Positions 40,101 through 50,700 of a DNA stretch of 64,000 nt are shown here, one piece after another. The notes under the pieces were generated by a model. It saw nothing but the letters and a program-made list of their open reading frames with translations. It had not been told where the DNA came from and made no database searches. Position 1 is the first letter of the stretch. The number at the start of each line of letters is the position of its first letter. The stretch is from positions 5,332,001 through 5,396,000 of the forward strand of contig NC_047030.1 in NCBI RefSeq assembly GCF_902652985.1, read 5' to 3'. Both the position numbers and the translations under genes were made by a program. The DNA is from Pecten maximus (taxonomy: Eukaryota).

Positions 40101-43100
40101 TTAAAATGTAAAACTCAATTGTACTTATAAACGCGCTTGCTTATTTCCTTGAACTCCGTTTCAATAATAGACAAATATGTACAATAGTTTCAATTGCAAA
40201 ATCTAGAAAGACTTACCCTCGCATGTCCATTGACATGTCTTTCCACTTGAACAGGGAGTAGCGGTACAGTCTGGACCAGCTGTAATGTATATAAACCATT
40301 CTGTATACTTATACCATACTATATTATCTATTTTACTATTTAATATTTGTTGACTATCATTTAATGTCCTTTTATTGCCTTCGTGGATAGAGACAAATTA
40401 ATGATACTTCGCAGCCGACAGCGTATATTGTGTTTCTTCCATTAGCACATAACATGACATTATTTGAATATGGAATGTATCAAATTAACAACAAGGAATG
40501 AAACACAATACATGGCAGCGCCCTTCAATATTTAGCAAATGAAGCTTGAAACAATATATGTTTAAAGATTCATTTGTTTTCAAAAAAGAGGATAGGAAGA
40601 GAAGCTGAAACTTTTAGAAGGACAAAACTCTTCAAATAATCGTAAATAGACGAAACTCTTCAACGAGCCGACGCGTTTTCCGGACAAAATGCATGCGGAG
40701 ATGACCCGAAAAGGCGACATGGTGAGAGTCGATTATACAAACGCATGACCTTTCAACTCAGTATTGTAAATGAGGAATCTGGACAGGCTGAAGGAGCAGT
40801 TTGAAAAATGGTGTTCTGAAGGAGGAATTCAGCGATGTTTTCACGGATTAATGTGTTTTGGATGTAACAATTCGCATTGAATGATACGGTAGGACAAATA
40901 TAAATGTTTCTAGATGGCGGTGGTATGTAGTATGCGCCGTGTCAATTTGAAAAAATGTGTTTTTTAGTCGATTAAAGTGTGGTGGTGTGCCGTTTCGCTC
41001 GTGGCGGAGTTGCCAACATTGTACTTTACAGAGTATACATACCACTGTTTTATAAAAAAAAAAATGAAAATAACATTTTCTTATGCAAGCGCCTGTGGGT
41101 TTGATGGTACGCCCGCTTATCCCGTGACGATGTTTCACCAGATACAAAGTAGCTATATTTACCGCATGTCGGCATACCTTAGGATCCGTCGTTTACTAAG
41201 AGATGCTTACAGTTTGGGCACCCCCAACCTTGATATATGAATCTAGGAATGGATACGGCTAACAGGTTTGCATTTCGGATGATGTAGTTAACTTTGTAGA
41301 ATTATGAATTAAACCTTCACTCTAGGATGATGTTTTTGCTATAAAACAAGGCATACGGAAGCGAGGTACAGTGTATATTAGTGTTTGATGACACGTGGGA
41401 ACGAACTGCAGTGCATAGTAAATACAAAAACATGGATGTCCTACATTGTTTAGGTATCTTGTTGCAACAATAATATTTTCTTAAATTATATTTACCAGCT
41501 TGCGATGTTGTTTGTGCTTAATACACTTTTAAGTGAAATTACACATCGCCTTCTGTATTACATATTTAGTAAGGTAAGTTGTTGAATGGAATTACATTAA
41601 TATCGTTAGTGATTTTCACAAAGATTTATATTCCCATTGCACATGCGGGTTAATGTTGCGCCCACTTCTTTTGCTCGTGTTCTATGTTGTACATTTTTGA
41701 AACTTGTGAGTTCCGATGACGTCACATTGTTAACAGGTGCGGCGTTGTGTTTGCAATGTTTGAAGGCTATATTTACTGTTTTCGGTGCTTCTGTTCCTTT
41801 GAATATGTTATTGACGATGCATGATTTAAACATATCAAGTAATTTCATGTATAGATGAAGATTACTAGTAATTGAAATGGGCAAGTTACGTATACAATTT
41901 CAACTTTCAATGTGTCAGTGTATTTGTGATCGCGGTTGGGATTGGTGTCATTGCAACAATTAGGACGATGTTTTTACCACAGTGTTGAATCTACAAACTT
42001 GTACTAAAAACCAGATTTATTCAACACGATACATGATATGTTTTGGGAAATTATCTGCAAATAATCTACGAAAAGTAAATTAAATACGGTCCCGTTATCC
42101 GTGTATCAACGTAAATGCATGAGCATTGGCACTTACTTTTTAAATTGTCCTAGTGCACCCGTAGCTCAAAATCAGTTACATTGTAACTATAAGTAAGATG
42201 TTAAGATGGAAATAATAAAATATTGTCGTATTAACTTGTGATTATGTCTGAATTCGTCCAGAAACAACAACAAAGAACAAAGAACAAAAAAAACCATGCC
42301 AATTAAATGCCGATCTGGTAATTATGACATATATGTGCATTTGGAAGGCTTGTCGGCACTTTTTCTTTCGTTACTAAGAATGATTAGGACGCGCATCATG
42401 TTTATTAACACAATAAAATGCGACCATGGGGTGCACTGGTCTGTACCGACCGAGTGTTAATGTCTCCACTCGTGCTGACTACGTAACTACATGGAACGGT
42501 TCGATTTTATATACATGTACAACCAAGGTTCTTGATCATATAAAACCGGAAGAATTGAATACTGTCCTGCATTTATTCAGCAACCATCATTGGCAATATA
42601 CAACAACCAAAATAAATATTTTCGGCACCACAGAATAAAACCAACTTTAACAATAAAACATAAGAAGCAGCTATTACCCATAAGCATAAACTGCAAGCTA
42701 CAATGAAAGTAAGCAGCCAAAGCTTCTTTTAAGTGAAAGGAAAGTATAGAAGGGAAATATACAACAAACTTGCAAGTAGTAAATTACCAGCCAATGGCTT
42801 CTTTATCGTCATCCAACTTCCCACACATACGTGTTAAATTCACACCTATAAAGCATAACACTTTCCCATTCACAATGGTGCACACAAACTAGCATTCAGT
42901 TATTTCAATATAAAATACACAATCATAATTACTAGAACACATTCCCAAACTAAATAAGGCGTGAATACACCTCTCGTGGTTATGGATTGTAATCTTATAG
43001 CAAGTAAAGTATCAGGATCAGGCATAGAGACCACACGTTTCCCTCTTGTTCATCAACGTAACCTTACGTTGCGGCAGGACGACAACGCGAGGCCCAATGT

Positions 43101-46100
43101 TGCTAGAGTTTGTCGTGACTTTCTGGATCATAACAATATTTTAGTTCTTGATTGGCCAACATACAGTCCAGGTATGTCCCAATCAAGTATTTGAGAGACG
43201 GGCTGGACAAGAGGGTTGGGAAGCGCATCAACGTCCCCTATAACGTCGCCAAACTCACGCAGGTCCTCTATTCAGAAGTGGAATAATATCAAAAGGCAAT
43301 GAAATCTTGCTAGATTTAATGTCAAGGAGATTAAGACCAGCGACTGATGCCAGAGTTGGGCACACACGCCACTATTTTGGATCAGGAAACAGCGTAGGGT
43401 ACCCCTGTTTTAACAGTATTCACTCACACACCGTTTGTGATAGGACAACAGAAATCATAAACAATTATTCAGTAAAGAGAAAATAATCGCTAAACCCACA
43501 CCATGAACACATCATCAAAGAATCATGTAAAATTTTAAATATCGAAAACAAACTTGTGTTTCTTTTTTCCGCTAGTATATTTAGCCGTATGTGTGTATTG
43601 TGTTAAGACTAATGGGTTGATAAGTGTAATGGAGCGTGGGTTTAGTGCAGAATTTTCCTATCACTGGGAAGGGAACCCTACAGATAGCAGACTGACATAG
43701 TGCTGAGCCGACGTTTGACCCTTGATTGCCCGGGAGCTCTCGCTTATACAGGGCTGGTCTAAGGTAATAGGTGGTAGAGACCAGTGTGGGGTCCCGAGGA
43801 GAGAAGGGAGTGATCTCGTGTAGTACAGACGTGTTTAGGGTTGTCTCCGGTTGTCTTGGCTGAGGTGTCATCGCTAAAGGATTCTCTCATGCATTATTAT
43901 GGAGCATGTCGACTATGATGTAGTTGTACCAACAGTAGAACAAATATAATTTAATTGTGGATTGTTGTATTCTGGAAACCTCATCCCGGTCACGTAAAAA
44001 TATTTCGTATGAATTTACTAATGAACAACAGCATCCGCCCGCAAATACCTTTATGGTAATACTACGACTCCTAATCTTTCATGCAACTATTGATATCAAA
44101 AATCAAGAATACGAGTTACCACCGTATGTTGTCGAACGAGATTGTAAGACTCGTTCATTACTGTGTGTATGTTCCAAACTCGGGATCACAAAATGTGGTA
44201 AAACCCTCGGCAAATCTTGGGAGTCTTTTACTATAAGAGCCCAACCAAGTTTCTAGAAAAACTGTCTCTCAACCATCCATTTCTTCAGTTTTTAACTTTT
44301 TGTATTGTGTTTTCTTTGTTTTTTTTTTTTTATTACCAAGAATACTCGTTTTGGCAAGCTGTAAGTTTGCACACAAATTGCATTCCCTTTATGGTTCAGT
44401 GATAAACGAATGAATATTTAGCCGATAAAGCATTGCCGTAACATGAGCGACTTTTGACATATCCGTGATCAAATTATCAACATCCGATAAAAAATCTTCT
44501 ATGAACAATGCTTTGAGAAAACAACGAGGAAATAAATTCTTGAATTTTACATATAATTTGATTCGTACTTCGATGTATTTGATCACTTTAGAAAATACTA
44601 CTTTTTTCCCCAGTCACTGCTGTTTTTGCAAAGTAGGTCTCTGCATGAGACACGACAGTCATTGGAATTTCATTCATAGTTCAATGCTATTGGGAGTGAT
44701 GTTGAACTCAATCGCAATGACGTGGCGATGTTTCGTATGAGCTTATATTCACGGTGAATTCGGAAACTTTATGTGAACCAGCTAAAATGGGCTCGATACG
44801 AGAATTAGACCTTTCCTTCGACAGAGGATGATATGTGTAAGCCGATGCTTTTTTTTGATCAAGTGACGAAGGTAGGTCCGTCGATAACGACAATCATTGG
44901 AAGTGTGACTTAGTTTTCTTGACAGCTCTACACAAATATAAACCTTTTTATTTAAATTAAAGCAAATATATAAACATCGAGGGTCGTATTTTTGACCGAA
45001 TGTTTTTTTCTTTATCTAGCAGCAATAAAACGTTTTGTATGGTGCTACATGTAGACCAGGATAAGTCCAAATAACCTAAAGTAGACAAAATTACAGGTCC
45101 CTGAGCTGATGTAAACGGAATCATGTCGTCGGTTTTGGTGTTTTCAGTATTCGTGGTAGTAGAAAAAAAAGTAAATTCCAATTGGTCTTCACTTTTTTTA
45201 ACAGAACATAAGTATTGTGCGACCAAATAATATGGTCGCACAAATGACGCGCTCTTGTATTACCATAAAATTTCATAAATTTTCCTGAAAGCATACGACA
45301 ACATCAAAAAGCTGTCCAAATGTGCCTCTGCAGGAAATCTGTCCATAGACAAGTCCAAGCTTTCGCTTTGCTTTTTTTGTGTTCTGGACACAATAAAGAG
45401 TTTGCGGCAAGGCTTCTAAGAAAAAGTAAGGTGATGGATGAGGAGACAAGGTAGGAAGCAAAACAAGCTTTTTCACTTGTCTACACAATAGGATAATCCT
45501 ATCAAGATTTAAGGTCGGGTTAAGAAAGTGATTAAGAGAATCAAACTTAAAGTCATAAAATCGCCAAGAAAGCGCAGCAAAAATAATAACAAAATAAATC
45601 AATGAAAATTAAAAATAAACTATCAGGAATAGATAAATGAAAACAGAAAAAAATGGAAATCATGTAAAATTGCGATGTCAAGTTTTGATAAAACAGTAGT
45701 GAGGTAATAGTCAAGTTTGGATAAGACATGTCTTTAGTGACATCCAAAATGTCTACAAAAACAAAACTTCCATGTACAAAACAAATATACATCTACGTAC
45801 TATCCTTGATATCACATGTAAAAAAATTATTATTTGCAACAAATTCGTGTGTCCATGCTAGTAATATTAGTTTAGCTAGAAACGTAACTCAATGATTGAC
45901 AGAGATTTCTGATGTAATATAAGGATGTCGTAACTATTTCTCGAAACATTTAATCTTGCTTGTAACAATAATTGTTGTTGGCTCACATATTCCTGTCAAT
46001 AACGTAATATAGCATTATTGTTAAAAACGTATGTTGTACTGACTGATACAGTGGTGTAATGAAAGTCCATAATTGAAAAAGGAATTTTCATGGAGTTAAT

Positions 46101-46863
46101 GTATATTAAATTGAATTACATATATAAGCATAAACTCGAACCATAAGGTAATGGATATCTAGCATTAAACACTTGAGTGTAAGTTAATCGCTAAATAAGC
46201 AATGGATGGACATGTTAGCAATTCCATGTTTTTCCTTGAAATTTCTTTCATACTGGACTTATCTGTCTATTTTGGAGTGCCTCCTATCTTTTGCAAATGA
46301 ACAGAAAAAAAACAAAACAAAAACAAAAATAAACTCACCACACTGGACAAGCGCCAACGTTAAACAGAAAATGATGGACATCAAGTACATGTTGGCCTGT
46401 AATAGAAATCAATTATCAGTATCTGTTCATGAATTAATAGTATAATTATCAATATGCAACCTGGAATATATTGCATAGAATTCTTAGGAGTAAATCATGT
46501 CTATACTTGAACGTAATCATCCCATACATAATTCTAAGTTTACCAGTTAGTACAGACGGCGCCGATAATACATGAATTAATTCAGTTTTTGTTTTCGCAA
46601 TAATAATTTTACACAAATAAAAACAATCTTTCTGCAGAAAAAAAATATATATTTGAATTTTATTTCTGATGAAGGCCACTCTTCATCTTAAGCTATTTTC
46701 ACGTTACAAAATAATCAGATCTTTTTTAAAGATATAAGACAATTATATGTAATATAAACCTTACTATTGTAAAAACATTGTAGCATTCCCAAACGATGGC
46801 AAATTTTGACCATTACTGCTGATCTCTACATAAGCATATACTATAGTAAAATATACATACCAT
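10821..46863 (-). CDS. Gene B: spliced 186-aa secreted, putatively GPI-anchored 8-Cys protein with a repetitive Ser/Thr stalk. Coding exons: 46861-46863, 46339-46396, 40217-40279, 39126-39215, seven 39-nt microexons, 10821-10894
   Basis: All introns are GT-AG and all junctions after exon 2 are phase 1. The joined CDS is 561 nt and open. Translation: MANMYLMSIIFCLTLALVQC-AGPDCTATPCSSGKTCQWTCE-ADLKVCVAENTVCGPNGNTGHCKSTCGTST-(GTTSSSTDTGKNS)x6-GTTSSSTDTEKNS-GNDVHRFSPLILIFGVVTKLFLSP*. No family recognised. Confidence 0.78.
11134..14508. mobile_element. Non-autonomous TIR DNA transposon (~3.4 kb) with TA target duplication and subterminal 22-bp tandem repeats
   Basis: Termini TA|cagttgggagaaaactaaacttggta ... 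taccaagtttagtttgctcccaactg|TA. Repeats of agtgcactggagttaacatcgt at about 11160-11335 and 14340-14480. The empty site atgcaTAgctgcag is seen in the array units. Confidence 0.9.
14658..14696 (-). CDS. Gene B stalk microexon copy 7, variant (GTTSSSTDTEKNS)
   Basis: Same acceptor, donor G|gtatga, and one substitution GGG to GAG (G to E). Confidence 0.75.
16410..16448 (-). CDS. Gene B stalk microexon copy 6 (GTTSSSTDTGKNS)
   Basis: Same exon sequence and intact splice sites. Confidence 0.7.
18468..18506 (-). CDS. Gene B stalk microexon copy 5 (GTTSSSTDTGKNS)
   Basis: Same exon sequence and intact splice sites. Confidence 0.7.
20526..20564 (-). CDS. Gene B stalk microexon copy 4 (GTTSSSTDTGKNS)
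   Basis: Same exon sequence and intact splice sites. Confidence 0.7.
22584..22622 (-). CDS. Gene B stalk microexon copy 3 (GTTSSSTDTGKNS)
   Basis: Same exon sequence and intact splice sites. Confidence 0.7.
24641..24679 (-). CDS. Gene B stalk microexon copy 2 (GTTSSSTDTGKNS)
   Basis: Same exon sequence and intact splice sites. Confidence 0.7.
26699..26737 (-). CDS. Gene B stalk microexon copy 1 (GTTSSSTDTGKNS)
   Basis: Acceptor ttattcttcactcag, donor G|gtaaga, 39 nt, phase 1-1. Confidence 0.7.
27872..32752 (-). mobile_element. Degenerate Ty3/Gypsy LTR retrotransposon with Gmr1-like order gag-PR-INT-RT-RH
   Basis: Diverged LTRs at about 32055-32752 and 27872-28336. PBS tgagtggcagcgttgggat (32051-32033) resembles the complement of a tRNA-Leu 3' end. 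Relics: gag about 31000-31790; PR LRDS about 30940; INT RSCDTCQRT and SLGFSPLEIIYGRAVQGP 29500-30400; RT FSKLDL, QFNAKPFGL and GFLGVAGFYKRFI 28500-29000; RH EFDLRTDASDDGLGA about 28370. Many stops and frameshifts. Confidence 0.88.
38596..38903 (+). repeat. Diverged ~310-bp dispersed repeat, copy 1 (copy 2 at 44772-45080)
   Basis: Shared blocks tgacgaaggtaggtccgtcg, tggaagtgtgacttagttt and catgtagaccaggataagtccaaataacctaaa. Confidence 0.85.
39126..39215 (-). CDS. Gene B exon 4: second half of the Cys domain (ADLKVCVAENTVCGPNGNTGHCKSTCGTST)
   Basis: Acceptor tatcacatctgacag, donor G|gtgagt, 90 nt, phase 1-1, four Cys. Confidence 0.85.
40217..40279 (-). CDS. Gene B exon 3: first half of the Cys domain (AGPDCTATPCSSGKTCQWTCE)
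   Basis: Acceptor tatatacattacag, donor G|gtaagt, 63 nt, phase 1-1, pattern C-x4-C-x5-C-x3-C. Confidence 0.85.
43030..43578 (+). mobile_element. Tc1/mariner transposase 3' remnant with right TIR
   Basis: RQDDNARPNVARVCRDFLDHNNILVLDWPTYSPG matches the Tc1 QQDNARPH...LDWPxxSPDL motif. Ends in gtttcttttttccgctagtata. Confidence 0.85.
44772..45080 (+). repeat. Diverged ~310-bp dispersed repeat, copy 2
   Basis: Same blocks and order as 38596-38903. Confidence 0.85.
46339..46396 (-). CDS. Gene B exon 2: signal peptide ANMYLMSIIFCLTLALVQC
   Basis: Acceptor gatttctattacag, donor G|gtgagt, 58 nt (phase 0 to 1). Uninterrupted hydrophobic core ending in V-Q-C, typical of a signal peptidase site. Confidence 0.85.
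46861..46863 (-). CDS. Gene B exon 1 coding part (ATG directly before the donor)
   Basis: Minus strand reads ...gacctaccATG|gtatgt. It is in frame with exon 2 (GCC AAC ATG...) and lies about 55 nt downstream of a TATA-like element. The internal ATG of exon 2 is an alternative start. Confidence 0.6.
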
Positions 46864-46889
46864 GGTAGGTCTTCCTTGCGTTCTTGTGT

Positions 46890-46990
46890 TCAGTGTGTCA
46901 GTATCAGGAATGCAGTGATTATATATAATAAGATCAAGTGTGACGTAATCAGTAATCATCTTAGCACGGTATCTAAGAAACGTTCACGTG
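46890..46990 (-). promoter_or_regulatory. Candidate core promoter of gene B (TATA-like 46919-46928, CRE/ATF-like TGACGTAA 46941-46948)
   Basis: TTATATATAA lies about 55 nt upstream of the exon-terminal ATG, implying a short first exon. Motif matches only. Confidence 0.45.
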
Positions 46991-48429
46991 ATCTAAGCAT
47001 AACAAGGATTAGTTGTTAAGGATGATATAAAGTATATTAAATTAAGTGAAGACGTGCATGTGCACAGGCATGAGACGTGTTGACAGTAGGTACATTTGCA
47101 TACGCTTTAGTAGGAATGTTTGATCCGGATGGTCAAATAGATATTATAGAAATGAAATTCAGCTTCATTTTATATGAGTTTTTATGATACGAGTTTTAGA
47201 TTTTTTGCGAGTTATGGTTAGCAATTTTTTTTAACTTTGAGACGAGGTGCATAAAATCATATGCGAAATGAAAACAAAATTAAGATACTTTTTATCACAA
47301 AACTAAGAAAACATACATTCTGACGGGTTCGATGGTCAAAATGAAGAGGACAACATCCAACAGAGGCAGTCAGTTCGATTCGTAATTTCAATTCATGACG
47401 TAGCATTAGTGTCTATATAATGACATCAGAAATGATTGCTGAAAGGTGCACCTATTGAAAAATGTCCCATGGTATATTGCACTAGTAACATACATTAATG
47501 AAAACATACTACTTAGTAGAATTCACCTGATAACAGTCCGGTATTGTGATAAATACATTCTAATAACCGTTCCCGGTTACGTTTCCGTAGTCAGAGAGAA
47601 GAAATTACCTTTTTCAAATCATTTTAATGTAGGTCGTCGGCGGATAAAAGCAGATAGACCTATATTTTAGGTTATTTGACACAAAGTATCGAGTGAAATA
47701 TTCTAATGGCATATTGTCCGTTGCCGTGCGTTGTGCGTCCTTAATCATTTTACATTTTCAGCTTCGTCTCAAAAGTCAGTAAAAATTGGATTTATGACAC
47801 ATTCACCAGGGGGTCTGAGGGGCGGGGAAGATACATGTAGATTTCAAATTGACTGAAACAAATAGTATCTACTCAGGACCCAGATATGATGGAATGAAAT
47901 ATATACTTCATGGGTGTCATGACCCTGGGGTCTTGGGTTTCTCCCTCCGTAAAAGATAAACTTTACTGAAGTTTATATCAGGAAATCACACAGGTTCCTC
48001 TGCAGTTTCCAGGCTTTTCTTTGTTTTTTATCGAATAATACCAAACACATTAATCCGTGTAAGATTTATCTTATGTGAATAGATGGAAAAGTGAAAAGAA
48101 TTTACGGTTATGAAACAGGGACTATTTTACTGGCGTATTTATATTTAACTGGTGCATTGTGTTGAAAATTAGCACGTAAAACGATGTTATCATACTGCGA
48201 TTATAGTGTTTTAATGGTTAAATTTTTGTTGTTGTTACTTGGTATGCTCAGATAAAGAATCAATGCTCCGAATGTTAATATACATTTATATACATTTAAT
48301 AAACGACTGTGTGTCGGGAGGGGCCTGCTTCTGTTTCGGTTAAGTTTCAAACGGTCTTAGCTGATATATAACTGCTATAATATTACCATATATATGCATG
48401 TTTGCATATGTAATGGTTTATTTACCGGT

Positions 48430-50100
48430 ATAATAAAAAGAATTTCAAACAAGGGACTTCAGAGATACATGAAATCATTGACGCCTGGTCCTGAAGTACA
48501 TGTATTTTGGGGCTGAGATCAACTGCTGTCCATTCACGCTTGTTCTCAGACTCAATCCAGTTGCAATAATCATCATTTCGTCCACATAATTGGGATAACT
48601 TCATGCTATACCAGGTGGATGACGGCTAGAGGGCATATCAACCCACGTCTGGAACATACCTTACACTGGTGATATTAATCTGATATTGACTCATTTAGTC
48701 AGCCCTGAAGAATATCAAATCCACAAATTGTAGACTTTTTAACCTTTACTAAGTCAGATTTCCCCTTGCCATTAGTTCATACTGATCATCTTAAGACAAA
48801 TACTCCGCAATACATGACAATTAACACATCCCTATTAGACACAATAAGATATCTTAACGTAAGCTCAGTTTCCGTAAGGAAATCAGGCAAGCTGGCCCGT
48901 CAAGCTTTTCCTATATGACTCGTTTCCAAGGCAAGAATTCACCCAAGCTTGCAATGTATTTGGGCTATTTAAAAATGCAAGCATTCTCACAGCAATGCCA
49001 ATGTCATTGGAAGAATCAGCGGCAAAGAGCAATCCATATTGTTTATGAAATTTTAACACAAAGTCGTCCACAACAGAAATAAGGCTTCTGGGCAAACCAC
49101 GTCGCATGTTCTTCCATCAATGCTTAATTCGTCAACAACCCACATACCTTATGTTAGTTACAAGGCAATATTTGGTTGCCTCAGTATTTCTATGTTGCTT
49201 CTGTCCTTTAGAAGGAACAATGGAACTCTTGTCTTAATGGCAGCATCATTGAAAAAGTTGGAAGCCTCTGTAAACAACACAAATATCATCCTATTGGAAC
49301 CGATCATTGGTGTTCTCTGTATTTATTCTCAACATGTGTTTAACAATATTAACATCATTATTCCGACCGATATAGATCACGGACAAACAATATATAGACA
49401 TGTGATGCCACAGGAAGCAAGTTCCAAGAGATGACGTTCTTTATGCATGGGGATATAGCGTCGCTGGAAACAATAATTGATGGATTTTTTTCAACAAGAA
49501 TATATGTCCATCAACATAGGCTATAGCTACACTCTCACCTGAGGCAAAGTGTGAAGGTAGTGTCTGAGGAATTAATACATTTTAAGGAGGTTCTTTTTTT
49601 TCAAAAAGAGCAATACAGTTAATATTTTCGTGCCAGTTCACAAGCAGAAGGACAAATATAATTATTTTACTGTGTTAAGGTTAAGTGAAGAATCGTAAAA
49701 GGTCAGAACAAAAACTAGTACTCTTAATCGGTTTATCCTTCTGAGGAATCAAAGTATCAACAACATTAGTAGAAGCAACTGCCCTCAATATTAAAAGGAA
49801 CTCAGATATTTCAAAAGGATTCAGTTCGGCGTCTTGATTGGAAGGTGCACAACACTTACAGGGGTTTGGAACAAGAATGCCTTTCTTAATGACAATTTTA
49901 CTTTTATTTCTGCGACAAGCCTCACTTAACACTCCTCTCTTGATTCGCACAAAAACATTGGCATTAAGATAGCAAGATAGTGAAATATCAGGTTTTATAT
50001 TTTTATCTTTAGCAGGGGACATCAGAGTCCTCGACAGCATTATGAAGATGTTCAGTGGATACATATACGTGTAGTATATTACACTATATTTCTGACACAC
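48430..50100 (-). mobile_element. Degenerate Harbinger/ISL2EU-like (DDE_Tnp_4-type) transposase
   Basis: Relic motifs KKGILVPNPCKCC, DDICVVYRGFQ (compare VVDRGF), TEATKYCLVTNIRYVWVV (compare SRLVTKIRWVVE) and SPNTLQ, broken by stops and frameshifts. Confidence 0.65.
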
Positions 50101-50389
50101 AGACTTACATCAACTTTAGCTTCCTTTTTATTTGCTTTCAAAGTATTTCATAAAATAACCAAGTACAACGTTTTATCGAACTATAAACCAATATATATAC
50201 ATATATAATAATATTTTGATACCCTTATCCCCTAAATTATATTTAAAAGAAAATATTACAACTTTAATACGCATACAGGTGTATCAGGATCATACTGCAT
50301 GCAAACTTAATATCTAAAGTAGTACACACACATATGGCAGAAATAGTTTGTTCTTTTTTTTTCTTCTTGTGCATCGACTCCATCACATT

Positions 50390-50700
50390 AGCTCTGATGT
50401 ATGTCTTTGATGTGAGTCAAAGGTCACAATGCGATACACTGCCTCATTTAGAAGAACCTAATCCCCAGGTATGAAGTGCCAGTGGTAAGAAGTGTCGGAG
50501 GTAGAGCCCTGACAACATTTTTCGTTGATGTAGGTCAAAGGCACAATGAAGGTCATAGTGACATCATCTTATAAGTATGAAGTGCCAAAGTGGACAAGAG
50601 CAGGAGTTACATAATTGTACAACCCACACAAGATAATGTGCGGAAAGACGCAAGGACAGACGGACAGACATAACGCAAAACTACAGCCCCCCGGTTTCCG
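50390..50700 (-). mobile_element. HINE-like repeat fragment
   Basis: caaaggtca core repeats, a gacagacgga microsatellite and a terminal ccccccggtttccg. Confidence 0.45.

Noticed and set aside
41606-41884. 92-aa minus-strand ORF inside gene B intron 2
   Set aside because: No recognisable motif or compatible splice sites; possibly a decayed transposon fragment.
46765-46825. Alternative exon 2 (RSAVMVKICHRLGMLQCFYN)
   Set aside because: It needs a 35-nt intron and has charged residues in the core. Exon 46339-46396 has better splice sites and a clear signal peptide.
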